From positions 4,904,508 to 4,968,507 of the forward strand of contig MU058584.1 of assembly GCA_013265495.1 (NCBI GenBank): a stretch of DNA of 64,000 nucleotides. Direction: 5' to 3'. A program made the translations under genes and the position numbers. The DNA is from Vicugna vicugna. Its lineage: Eukaryota. The notes under the pieces are model-generated. The model was not told the DNA's origin. It saw nothing but the letters and a program-made list of their open reading frames with translations, and did not search any database. Positions 1-12,402 of this stretch are shown here, piece by piece (the stretch's first letter is position 1; each line of letters begins with the position of its first letter).

Positions 1-619
1 ATTGTCACCAGAAGGCCTCATTATGTTGAGAAAAAGAGAAAAAGCCCTGCAAAAGATGGCACTTGGAATGAGAACAAACTTTCTGGGCAATTAAATGGTA
101 GGAAACTCAGCATTTTAACCAATTATTTCTGTCCTAGTCTGTCATTAAGCTATGGAACTTCCTCATCAAGCTATTAATAACTCAGATGACACATATTGAT
201 CCAAAAGGGGACACAGGGGCTTACAGAACACCCCTTTGACCACCCAGCTCTGTGGAAATAGTTTTCTAAACTTCCAGAGGACCTTGTAAGTGTCACATCC
301 TAACTCATCACTTCTTACCCTACTGATAACATTCGATGCTGTTGACTATGACTTTCTGTTCCAAGCCCCTTTCTCCTTTGAATCTGGTGACCGGTCTCTC
401 TTCTGGTCTCCATATAAATTAAAATAATTTAAAAAAAGCATCAAAACTGCCTCTAGATCCAGCAAGAAGCCAGTTCTCAGGTGTTACTCCCGGCTGCGAA
501 GGGTGAGGAGGAAGTGGTGGCCTTGTCTCAACTTGATCTGCGGTGGCAAATGGAGTGAGCATGAGTCACTCCAAACCCTATCTGCACTTCATCTGGCACC
601 TTGCTCGTGGAGATGCGTG

Positions 620-815
620 TTGTGTAATGGTACAGAGCCAGACAGCCTGGGCACACGAGCTGTTCAGTCTCTCAGTTCCCTCATCTGTGAAATGAGGGCG
701 GGGAGAAGATTACAGCACTTACCTCATTGGGTTGTTGTGCCAGTTAAATCAACTAACACCTGTTAAGCACTTAGAACAATGCCTGGCACATTTGGTAAGT
801 AATCAGTAAGTATTT
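620..815 (+). mobile_element. MIR SINE
   Basis: MIR core 'ctcagttccctcatctgtgaaatgag' and 3' part 'aagcacttagaacaatgcctggcaca'; boundaries approximate. Confidence 0.8.
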
Positions 816-817
816 TT

Positions 818-823
818 TTATTA

Positions 824-870
<47 letters not shown>
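818..870. repeat. (TTA)n microsatellite, probably an expanded MIR tail
   Basis: Near-perfect tta run directly after the MIR 3' end. Confidence 0.95.
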
Positions 871-871
<1 letters not shown>

Positions 872-877
872 ACATAA

Positions 878-1508
878 GTCATATTTTTTCTCTGTGAGCT
901 ACCATAAGATCTTGTGTACATTTCCCTGTGCTATACAGTATAATCTTGTTTATCTATTCTACAATTTTGAAATCCCGTCTATCCCTTCCCACCCTCTGCC
1001 CCCTTGGCAACCACAAGTTTGTATTCTATGTCTATGAGTCTGTTTCTGTTTTGTATTTATACTTTGTTTGTTTGTTTTTGTTTTTGCTTTTAGATTCCAC
1101 ATGTAAGCGATCTCATATGGTATTTTTCTTTCTCTTTCTGGCTTACTTCACTTAGGATGACATTCTCCAGAAGCATCCATATTGCTGCAAATGGCGTTAT
1201 GTTGTCGATTTTTATGGCTGAGTAGTATTCCTTTGTATAAATATACCACATCTTTATCCAGTCATCTGTTGATGGACATTTAGGCTGTCACCATGTCTTG
1301 GCTATTGTAAATAGTGCTGCTATGAACATTGGGGTGCAGGTGTCATCCTGAAGTAGGGTTCCTTATGGATATATGCCCAGGAGCAGGATTCCTGGGTCAT
1401 ACGGTAAGTCTATTCCTAGTCTTTTGAGGAATCTCCATACTGTTTTCCACAGTGGCTGCACCAAACTGCATTCCCACCAGCAGTGTAGGAGGGTTCCCCT
1501 TTCTCCAC
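878..1508 (-). mobile_element. Young L1 fragment (ORF2 C-terminus plus 3' UTR), truncated at both ends
   Basis: Minus-strand translation [47 protein letters not shown] is typical of the L1 ORF2 C-terminus; closely similar to the copy at 11800-12402. Confidence 0.93.
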
Positions 1509-3289
1509 CAGGCTTCTGAGTTTCTGATCTAAGAAACTGGGTAAGGCAACTATTTCCCAGAGGGACAGGCAATTTGTAATGATTTGTGACAACAGATGCC
1601 AAGGTTAACATAGCAGATGAACACCCACAAGCAAACATCTCACCTTATTCTAGCCAGACAATCCAATATCTTTCTGGAGCACACTCTTCTTCCGAGAAGG
1701 AAATCAAAGCACAAAGAGCTTCACTTTCTTCTCCTGACCCTACACACCTTCTGTGTGGTAGGTTCTAACTGTCATTTAATGAAAAGCTCTGTAGCCAGAG
1801 GGAAAACAGGCAGAGAAAACAGCCCTAATAATCCGTGTAGTTTTGATTGACACATCCTAACAGTAATGGACAGCATAGAGTAGAGTAATATTGAATTCCT
1901 ATTACTTATCACTTGTACTATGGTTAAAGTGTCGTTTCCAACACTGATGCCCCATTATTTCCCATTCTCTCTACTACAAGAATGGTTATCTATATTTAAG
2001 CACAATGCAATAAACTTTTATGGAATCTACCAGGCACTGTTGTAGACTTGAATAAGGCAATGTCCTTTCTTTCAAAAAGAAAGAGAAGGAGACATTTATA
2101 TCTCAAACCAATGTTAGGTTAAAGCATAATATGTGAAGATTTGGGAGTCCAGAGCCTTGGAATAATTGGTGATTTCCTGTAGCAATGTATGTTGATAAAA
2201 TCCTCATTTATTTTAGCCAGAAAAAGATCCCAAGGTCATTCTTGCTGAAATGACCCAAGAACCAAGCCTCATTTCAAGGCTCCAATCAGCTATCACGGAG
2301 ACTAAATCAGTAAGAAATATGGGACTACCCTGGGAGCCTTGGAAAAGTAAGGACAAGATAAGGAGAGCAAAATTTAAGCCTTGCATGGCTGACTCAAAGC
2401 TTTCCAGCGGATTTACCAACAGAATTGAGTTCAGATTCATATTACGTACTGCTTCAGGGTGAATGATGCACCCCATTTTATCGCTTAGTCATCTCCTATG
2501 AATGAGTTTTCTTTCCAGCACGGGGACGATGCCTGTTTGTCTCCAGTCTGGCTTTTCTCTCTAGGAGAATCGCTTTCCATTTTATTTTTTTTTTTCTGGT
2601 CTTGTAGAATTCTAGGTTCCTGACCACTAAGACAGAGCAGAACTAGAACTAGTTGGAAATGCCACCGCTGAGTCAGAGCCCAAGGAGTTAGTGACAGTGC
2701 TGGAGGCCTTCCTCTAATGATCACTTTTGGCAGCTTCAACTGATGCTCCGTTATCAGGAGAGGACTGGCAGGTCCACCTCTCACGTCCCAAATTTTCTCC
2801 AGAACTTGACTGTATGGCTGCTGGAGAGTTCCCCCTAGATAACCCACAAACCTTCAAACTTAGTTCATTGTATTTACTCCCCAAATTTGTTTCCCTTCCT
2901 GTGTGATGCCGGTAATGACGCTAATTTTCGTGCAGTTGCCAGGGATAGAAATCTGAGAATCGTCCTTGTCTCACTCATTACCACTATCCAATAAGTCACT
3001 AAGTCATTTGCATCCTTGAGTATCTCTTGAATCTGTCCTGGCGTCTTCATACCAGGTGACTTTTGATACCACGGCCTGGTGGGGGGGGCAGGGGAGCATT
3101 GACAGAGATTACAGAGAGGGTGAGGGGTGGGGGAGGGGAGGATAATTTCTCATCCTGGAACTGCCACTCCTGCCCTCATCTCTCATCTAAATTAATGTAA
3201 GAGTCTCAGTCTTGTCTTCCTCCAATCCATTTCCAAATTGCAGCCCAAATAATATTTCTGAAATGCATCTCTTATGTAAGAATTGTGAG

Positions 3290-3478
3290 GAGTCTTTTGA
3301 AAAACTATAATGAAGGGCAGGGAGCACTTTGTCACAGCAGATAAAATGGTTTTAGCACTGGTGCATGAGTATGAAGATCAATCAAAGGAACAACTAAGAA
3401 AGTCTAGAAATAAATCCAAGGACATACAGGCGCCATTAATACAGATAAAGGTGGCACTTTGAATCAGTGGGGGAAGCA
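3290..3478 (+). mobile_element. Old L1M ORF2 fragment
   Basis: 'aagtctagaaataaatccaaggacatacag...gataaaggtggcactttgaatcagtgggggaag' resembles old L1 ORF2. Confidence 0.65.
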
Positions 3479-3479
3479 A

Positions 3480-3780
3480 GAAGAGTTGATAGCTGTTCTT
3501 GCTCTGAGCTTCCACTGCAGGGAGGTTTTTCTTTGTCTGTTTATTTGCCATGATCACACCTGAGGTGGTGGATGAGCATATGTGCTCCTTGAGGCCTGCA
3601 TGGCTTTCCTAGTCTGGTTTTTGGGAGCGGGGTACAACTTCTGTTCACAGTCCATTGTGAGAACGTGACCACATCTAGCTGCAAAGAAGGCTGGAAATGT
3701 AGCTGCTAGTTGAGCAGCCATGTGCCCAGAAGGGAAGAAAGAAGGGATATGGGGGGGGGGGACAATGGCATTCTGTCACC
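3480..3780. mobile_element. MLT1-like MaLR LTR fragment
   Basis: 'ttctgttcacagtccattg...ccacatctagctgcaaagaaggctggaaatgtag' is an MLT1-type motif. Confidence 0.6.
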
Positions 3781-3804
3781 TTCAATCACCCCATAAATAT
3801 CATT

Positions 3805-4520
3805 TCAACACCTACCACTTGTCAAGCACATTCCAGGCATTAGGGATGCAGTGAACAGAACAGGCAAAAGATCCATTATTTACTTTCAAGGGCAGAGCAG
3901 GAGTGGGGTCAGGTGGAGGCACACCAAAAATAGTAATATATATATCTATCTCAGATGATAATAAGCAAAGGAGCCAAAAATTAAGCAAGGAAGCCATATG
4001 GGCAGTTCAGGGAACTAGGGGCAGCTTGTTGCAATTTTAAGTAAGGTAGTAAGGAAAGGCTCCTCTGAGCAGGAGCCACTGGAGAGAAGCCCTGAAGATG
4101 AAGGAGCGATCTGTGCAGATCCATGCGGAGAAGAGCCACCAGGTAGTGGTAAGAAGATGTGCGAACACCCCAGGCAGGGTGGTGCTTGGGGCATTTGAAG
4201 AACAAGGAGGTCTGTGTCGTTGGAGCAGGACAAGCAAGGGGGAGAAGAGTGGGAAATGAGATCAGAGGGATATCAGTGGGGAGGGTGGGGGAGGGGGTAG
4301 CAGATTATGTGGAGTCTTGAAGGCTATTGTCAGAACCCTGGGTTTTACTCTGAGTGGGGAAGGGGCCACTGGAGAGTTTTGACATGTTTGAAAGGCTACT
4401 ATTTTGCAACTAGATCATGAGGGATGAAGGAGAGAAGTTAACAGGTGATTGCAATAATACAGGAAACAGATGATGGTGGCCAAGACCACGGTAATGGTGA
4501 GCATGGTGGGAAGGGAGCAG
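3805..4520 (-). mobile_element. L2 LINE 3' region
   Basis: Reverse-complement L2 3' end 'caacacctaccacttgtcaagcacattccaggcattagggatgcagtgaacag' followed by purine-rich L2 body. Confidence 0.8.
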
Positions 4521-7139
4521 GGTACGTGCATCCAACTACATTTTCAAGTCAGTTCTTATACAAGGTCCCTCCCACCTCCCACCCACGTGCAGGTATTTTA
4601 AATCAATAAATGAGGAGATGATGAATAAATACACAAGCACATTTAAAACATTTATATCTGAATGTGATGCTCCCCTGTTTAAAACTCTCCGTTGTCTACT
4701 GGGCTTGGCATGTGAGACCTCCAGGACCCGGCCTCGCCTATACTGCCAGCCTCAGCATTCACCCACCTCCTGCTCGCTTGGATGTGAAACTGCTTCCTCT
4801 CCCTCCTTCAACCTCTTCCTGTCTCCGCCACAGACCTCTGTGTGTGAACCCACTTTCACAGGCAGGGACCATCTTCTCATCATTACTTGCCCAGCCTAAG
4901 TTTCGATTCCTGGTGCATAGAAGGTACTGAGTGAAATTTGTTAGAATGAACTAATTTCCTAGTGTTTGGCATCCCCACTCCTTTATCTCTTCCCGGTGCT
5001 CTCTTTTGATTCTTTTCATTTTTTTTTCCCCTTTCTCCAAAATGATTGCCAATACAAACACAAACGAACGCATTCAGGCCAGACACAAAAATTACCAACT
5101 GTTGGGAAGATAAAATATACCCATTTATATCTCTCTCCCTCTATCCTTTTAAAAAATTATGCATCAAGGAGATCTGGGTTCAAATTCTTATTTGCTAGAT
5201 TTGTGACATTGGACAAAATACTCAACTTTGAGGTCTCCGTCCTTTGATCTGTAAAATGAAGGCAATAACACTTATCTTTCAAGTCTGTTTGCAGATTGAA
5301 TAAGTTATATATAGCTGTGCATCTATATACATCTATTAAAGCAGAGTGCTCTCAGGTGAGTGTCAGAAAAAGCTTTACAGAAGTAGGAAGGGTCATTATT
5401 CTCTCCTCTTTACAAATGAGGCTGAAAGTCACAAGTCCGTAAGTGCGAGAACCAGATTAGACTTCAGGTATTTGCTTTCTAATGTGACGCTTTTCCCATT
5501 TTACCATCTCCCTCTTTTGATTTCAGGCTTAGCAAAAATTAGTGTCTAGTTGCAAAATGCTCAGTGTGGATGATATCCTGGACTTCTGGGGGAGGCAGTT
5601 TGGAGTTTACCTAAGCAGAATCCTAAAATGCCTGTAAATTAATAAACACAATTAATGAACTCTTTGCTTTTTGCCCAGCACTGCCTATAGTTGCTTTAAG
5701 GACCACAGGTCAATGTGAAATCATATTCGACACCCTCAACGGTAAGGTTGCACTGACAATAGTGACATCTGTGAAGTGACTGCAGATGTGACAAGTCTGA
5801 GTACACAAGGTGATGAGAGGGTCGTGTACAAACTCTAAGGATTTGCTCCAAGGAGTGGAAGGAATGGGGAAAATGAGGCTGGGCTTCCTGAAGAGGTGGT
5901 GGCATGAGAACAACATCTGGAGGAAGGCAGAGGGTCTGGCTAGTCAGGGAGGAGGGAGAGGGCAGTGCAGGGGAGGATGGAAGGAGAAGTGGAGAAGCAG
6001 CAGCTTTGCCAAACTTCTTCTGTTTTTCCTGCCCTTGTTGTAATGACACTTATCATGGTTTAAAAATAACTGGAGGGCATGGGTGTCAACAGCAATGGAT
6101 TTCTATTAGACAGCCAGGTTAAAAGATTGGAGCCTGCAGGTCTGCCCAGAGTCCATCCAAATAGACTGCCTTGTCTGGATCCCATGTCAACAGGGCTCTG
6201 CATACCCTCTATCCTGCTGTTCTGCTTGGGGGATGCTGTAGGCTGAGGACAGAGAGAGGAAAAGCATGTGCCCTGAGAGGGAGCTCTGGGAAGCCAGGAG
6301 ATGGAGAGAGAGAGAGACACTGGGCCAGATGCAGAAAGCAGCAGTCACTCATAGATGGCAGTTTGTCCGAATGGGAGCTAAAGCTCGGGTCAACCACCAC
6401 CTGCTAAGAGGGAGCAGGAGGAAGTAAGTAAGGCAGAGGTGCCTGTGTAAGGAGTGGCTGGGGCCAGCTTCCGCCAGCAGCCTCTCCTGGTTCTCTCCCT
6501 GGGGTCCTGGGACTGCTAAGCTCTTTTAGGGAAGCAACGAGCATGGCTTCAGTGACAGTCTGAACTTGAATCAGGGCGTTCCAACAAAGACCAAGGAGAG
6601 AATGATCATCCCTGACTGAGGGGGAGGGACTCATTCTGTTCACACTCAAGCACCATATGAAATTCAAACAGACTAAAAAAAATACAAAGCAATCCCTTAA
6701 CGTAGTCATGAACTGCAGCACAACTCTCCTATCTGTTGCTGGTAGGATGGCATGTAGGTATGGTAGCCTTAGAAGGTATTTTGACATAATGGATGGCTCT
6801 AAAAAAATCCAGTTTTATGTATTTATTTTAAGGAAATAACCATGGATGTGGACAAGATTTATTGAAGCATTAGTTTTCACTCTGCTGGTCACAAAGGCTG
6901 CCCAGGGTCAAGGGGTTGAGGGGGGGGATGTGCTCTACATTTTGATGAGAGGAGCAACATAGATACACAGGGTGGGGAGCAATTGTGCAGCTGTCTTTAG
7001 GGACTATGATAGTGCGTAAAAACAGTAAAAATGCATAGACACATACCTGCATTCATAGGCTTCTGGCGATGACCATGACAGCAGCTTTCAGGGGATCCTA
7101 ACATATAAAAAGAACAACCTTACCTATTTTGGACATCTG

Positions 7140-7910
7140 CAGTAGGTATCTGTCATATTCATCCTTATTCACCATCTTTTGAACAACATTTTTAGATTTG
7201 GGTAAATGAGCCAACGTGTAAGACAGGACTCAAGTTTCCCACCTCCTTGCAGCTAGGGATGGGAATACAATACAAAACAGAACAGAATAAGACAAACAGG
7301 TTAAGAAATCTTGAGCTCTGGCGCCCGACTCAAATCTCAACTCTGCCACTTACAGTCTGACTTTAGACTAGTTTTATGTGCCTCAGTTTCCTCAACTATA
7401 AAAAGGGATAACCACCCAGCCAACCTCTGAGGGTTGTTGTGAGGCTTAAGTGAGTTAATTCTCCTAAAGAGCTTAGAATAGTGCCTGGCACACAGTGAGT
7501 GATTAATAAGTGTTAGGATAAGGCCAGGGCTCTGCCAGTCAGACAGAAATATAAAACTTCAGTTCAGATGTGAACAGCATGCAGCAGCACCCGGCTCTGC
7601 GTGGCGCTCAGAGCTGTTGGCACAGGTAGATGCAAAGATACCTAGCTTTCCGCCTAGTTATAGGGTTGAAGTGGCATTGGCGTTAGAAGCAGTCATCAAG
7701 CTCCAGGGATTTATGTTCGGCAGGTGGTTTCTCCATTGGATCGGTTATGTGTAGTTTTGGACCTTATTCCTGGATGCATCAGCTTTAATCTGTTTTTCCA
7801 GTTAGTTCAATGATTCTGTGGGCTAAAATATCTTTTAATCAATTCTTTCCTCCCCTTAAACTATGCCAAGTGGATTCTGTTGTCTGCCATCAAGAACTGC
7901 AGCTGATGTA
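7140..7910 (+). mobile_element. LTR33/LTR16-like ERVL LTR, apparently interrupted by a MIR
   Basis: 3' motif 'cttaaactatgccaagtggattctgttgtctgccatcaagaac' and 5' motif 'tttcccacctccttgcagctaggg'. Confidence 0.55.
7298..7518 (+). mobile_element. MIR SINE, near full length
   Basis: 'ggttaagaaatcttgagctctg...ctctgccacttac...gtgcctcagtttcctcaactataaaaggg...agtgcctggcacacagtgag'. Confidence 0.88.
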
Positions 7911-9349
7911 ACTGGGGCATGGTTTCAGGGATGCCAGGGAAGGCCTCCTGGGTTATTTTTCATGTCTGATAGTCCAGCATCAGGGGATATTCCTTAAGGG
8001 GTTCTCTTACACAGTGCATGTCAGTATGTGCAAATCCTGGAAGGGAGACGGCACACATTAGGTTTTCAGTTATTACTGTTGTATAATGTCCCTTATATGG
8101 AATGAAGGGCAGCTAACTTGAATTCCTGCCTAAGCATTTTGGGCCTGGAATCAGATCTGTCCCGGTTAAATTTACTCATCTCTAGTTCTCCAGAACTGAG
8201 CAAATGACATGGCTTTGTCTTATCACATTTCCAGAGTAGCCTGGTAAAGATCAGAATTTCTTTTTGCCTTAGCATGTTTGGCATTCTTTCCCTTGGGTGA
8301 CACATCACATTTATATAATTTCTTTGTATTTGTCTGATCCATTTAGACTAAACAAGCGAGTAGATCCAAGAGATGCCTTTGATGTTATGATCTGGAACAT
8401 ATCCACACTCGTCTGGAAAATTTTCAGTAGTCACTGGCAGGTCTTGTCAAAAAATGCCAAGAAACGGAAGAAGAAACATTTCTAGGCTAGAGGCGAAGCT
8501 TGAGTAGCAAGCTGGGTCTACCCTTGATTACACGTGTAATTGTTGTGATGAGGGGCAGGGGTTGGAAGTGGGAGATGGTAAAACATTTAAATGGGAGAGG
8601 ATGTTTCTTGAAGAGATGGAGGAGGGTATTGTATAAATTGAATGTACACCTTTGAGCTAAGCAGGAATACCCTGCCAATGCTCATGATGCTGCAAGAATC
8701 ATGACATCAGCATAATTTCTTAAGATTCCATGAGGCAAAATACTGTCATATCTATAATACTCCAGGAGCACTCAGAGGGGTTCATGCTGTCAGTAATGAT
8801 GATGAATAACTCATCTCAGAGAGATGGGTCCACCAGGCCCTCTTAAGATGTTTGCTGGCTGCAAGATTGGTGTTGGCCCTATGGATGGGAACAGGGAAGT
8901 ATAGATGGGGCATTGAGGTAGCCAGCATGTCAGAGGGCAGTATTGACTGGGGTTTGGGCTAGGAACAAGGTCGAGGGTAGGAGGGCAAACAACAGGGAAT
9001 GAGAAGGGCCACTAAAAATAACAGAAGAGATTGTTGGAGATAAATCTCACATATTCATTTTACATTTTACTAAGACCACCCCTGTTCAAATACTACACAG
9101 AGGTCTGTGTGGCTTTTCTGTTTTCTTCCAGTTGAGAGTTATTTCTATGGAATTTTGCTTCAAAGTGAGAAGAATTGAGACCAAGAAATCAGAAGTTCTA
9201 AACCTGTGTTCTCAGGTTCTTTTTTTTTTTTTTATTATCTATGTGTCCTCGAGCCTGTTGGTTCATTTTGTTAAGTCAAAAAGTCACATCTGTAAAATGA
9301 GAAAATAATACTCATCTTACACTTGGGGATATTTGATTACAAGTTGAAT

Positions 9350-9570
9350 ATGAAAAAATATTAGAGAATTATTATTAATTTTGTTCGGTGTGAAAAGGGT
9401 CAATGCCACGTTGCTTGTAATTTACTAAAGTACCTCAGTAAAGAAAAAAAGAGGGGGTAGATGTTTAGCAATATGTTTATATTGTGAGGACCAGAAGATG
9501 GATATTTGAGTTATTAATACTATTTTGTCTACATCTCTGTATGGTTGAAATTTTCCATAATTAAAAGTTA
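9350..9570 (+). mobile_element. Old L1MC/ME 3' end fragment
   Basis: 'gagttattaatactattttgtctacatctctgtatggttgaaattttccataattaaaag'. Confidence 0.55.
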
Positions 9571-11799
9571 GAAGAAATACCCATCTTTCTTATCTCACAG
9601 GACTGCTGTAAGGACCAAATGAGAAAATGGATGGAAAGTGTTTTGTAATTGGTGAAGCGCTAAACAAGTACATTGCCATTCCTTTCATTGTTCTTATGAA
9701 TAATAAAAAGTTAATCCAGCTCTGCCATTGTCTAGTGCATGTTCTTGGCTTCTCTTTCCTACTTTCCTCACCTGGGTAACAAGACCAAAGAGTTCACTTA
9801 TTCCCAGAGGGCTCAAAGGAACGTTTTCTGATAATACTTTCTTCCATTGTGCAGAGAGGAGGCAACAAAGTCTACAGAGAGCTCCGCGGAAAAGAGGGGG
9901 CTGGATTTCATTCCTCTCTATATATGAGGAGTGATCTCTAGCTGGTCCCAACTACAGCGCATCATAGCATCCATTTCTACTTCAGCTTCTGGAAAGACCT
10001 ACGTGCTCGATTCTAATAACGTTTTTCATCTAAGAGAGAGAAGAAAGTGATGTGGGGTTAATTACTGAGGTTTTGTGGGATCACCTTTCAGCCATTGATC
10101 TGGCATTTTCTTCAGAAATTTAAACCCTTTGGAGAGAGGGTATTTGGGGAAAGTTTATTCATGCAATATGCCCATGTGGACGTTTATTCTTTTTCTTCCC
10201 AAACCCTAAGGGTTATTCCTAAGAGTGGAATACAGCTACATTTTCCCCTTCATATCTTAATGAAAATAAATTAATGAGCAACATACTATCTTTTGCAATT
10301 TTACTCTCTGTTCATATAGACATAAATTTTTCTGAGAAGCTGGGAGCGCTGTGCTTAGTAAGAAAAGAAACTTTATGTATTCAGCTATTTGCATATTAAT
10401 GCTGCTGTACCATCCTTCATATGGATGATGTATTGGTGACACTGATTTTGCATTGCTTGCTCTATTGTACTTTGAATAAAATAAAACTGGAGAGAGCAAA
10501 GTCTTCAGACTGGCTAGAAGCCAGGCCTCTCTTTCTTTCCAAACCACTCACACGCTGGGAAACTTGGTAACCTTGAAAAATCACTTTGATTCTGCAGCTC
10601 CTCTCCCTACTTTTGTGGAATTGGAGCAATGGTGTGTTCAACCCACTTATTTCATTGGAGAATATGATTAATGGGAAGGTTGTTTACAAAATACTTTGGC
10701 TGCTTTAGAAGAGATGTTCTACCCAAGGCAATAATGGAAACTCTTATAAATCATGAGACCTCTGGGTAGTATATTGTCTGGATACAAAATATTCATATTA
10801 TTATTATTTTATATTTTGCAAATTAGATCTCTCCAGCACAAATAGGATTAAATTGGATGGGCATTTTTTTTCATCCTCAGGAACCATGCTGTTTTGTTTT
10901 AAGAATAGGAAAATAAGTCCTCAATCCGTTATAGAATAATGATAAATAAGATTGACAAAATATACGAAATAATTCAGTGGGTTAGGGAGAACATTTTTAT
11001 TGGAAAAAAAAATCAGAAAAGGTATTCAGTCGATCTCTCCTAGCAGAAAGTCAATGTGAATAACTAAACATCAAGCACCCTTCTCAATGAGTTCCACAGC
11101 CTGCCTGTTAGGATGGATATATTAAAACATTATGGAAAAATGTCTAGACTTTGATGACCAGAATGAAATGCATTTTATAGCAAAAACTGATGGTTTAGCA
11201 TGAAACAACCCATAACCCTTGGTAACGCAGAATACTTCTATGTGGTTTCTGAGAAAAAGAGGCAAAAGAACAAACATGTATCACATAATTCTTTTGAGGA
11301 GATATTTCTGGGGCAAGTTCTTTAACTGTAGATGATTAACCCTAATTATCAACCTCTTAAATAGTCTCCTTGTAATTCTGGGAGGATGCTATTCAGTGTA
11401 ATGGTCCTAAGCCACTGAGAAGTTACAGAATCAAGAAGATTGGGGCTGCAAGAACCCTTAGAGATTACTAGACAAACCTCTTTCTTCTACAGAGGAGGAA
11501 ACCAAGGCTCACGGAGGCCCTCATCAAAATACATTTCATGTCCTGTACTAAGTGTTTACTCATTAGTTCAGCAAATAATTGTGGAACACCTACTATGTGT
11601 AGAGCAAAGATTTATCGATTACCTCTTTTTTTGCCAAGTACTCCGAAAGGCACTGGGGGTGGATAACAGTTCTCAGACAGATTGGGGTTTAATAGGAGAG
11701 ACCTTATGGGGGCAAATAATTAAACTGCAGTAAAGAGCTACGGAAAATGGAGCGACTCACTATTCCTGGCACAAGAAATAGCCTAGAACCGCATTTCTT

Positions 11800-12402
11800 T
11801 TTTTTTTTAACATTTTTTATTGATTTATAATCATTTTACAATGTTGTGTCAAATTCCAGTGTTCAGCACAATTTTTCAGTCATGCATGGACATATACACA
11901 CTCATTGTCACATTTTTTTCTCTGTGAGCCACCATAACATTTTGTGTATATTTCCCTGTGCTATACAGTGTAATCTTGTTTATCTATTCTACAGTTTTGA
12001 AATCCCAGTCTATCCCTTCCCACTCTCCGCCCCCCTGGCAACCACAAGTCTGTGTTCTCTGTCTATGAGTCTATTTCTGTCCTGTATTTATGCCTTGTTT
12101 TTGTTTGTTTGTTTGTTTTTGTTTTTGTTTTTTAGATTCCACATATGAGCGATCTCATATGGTATTTTTCTTTCTCTTTCTGGCTTACTTCACTTAGAAT
12201 GACATTCTCCAGGAGCATCCATGTTGCTGCAAATGGCATTATGTTGTCGGTTTTTATGGCTGAGTAGTATTCCATTGTATAAATATACCACATCTTCTTT
12301 ATCCAGTCACCTGTTGATGGACATTTAGGCTGTTTCCATGTTTTGGCTATTGTAAATAGTGCTGCTATGAACATTGGGGTGCAGGTGTCATCCTGAAGTA
12401 GG
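11800..12402 (-). mobile_element. Young 5'-truncated L1 with poly(A) tail and 16-bp TSD
   Basis: TSD tagaaccgcatttctt at 11784-11799 and 12403-12418; poly-T at left; ORF 12132-12413 translates as L1 ORF2 C-terminus (TCTPMFIAALFTIAKTWKQPKCPST..WIKKMWYIYTMEYYSAIK). Confidence 0.97.

Noticed and set aside
1..97. Open frame IVTRRPHYVEKKRKSPAKDGTWNENKLSGQLN ending at G|gtagga as a coding exon end
   Set aside because: The acceptor would lie outside the window, the donor is weak and the peptide is unrecognised.
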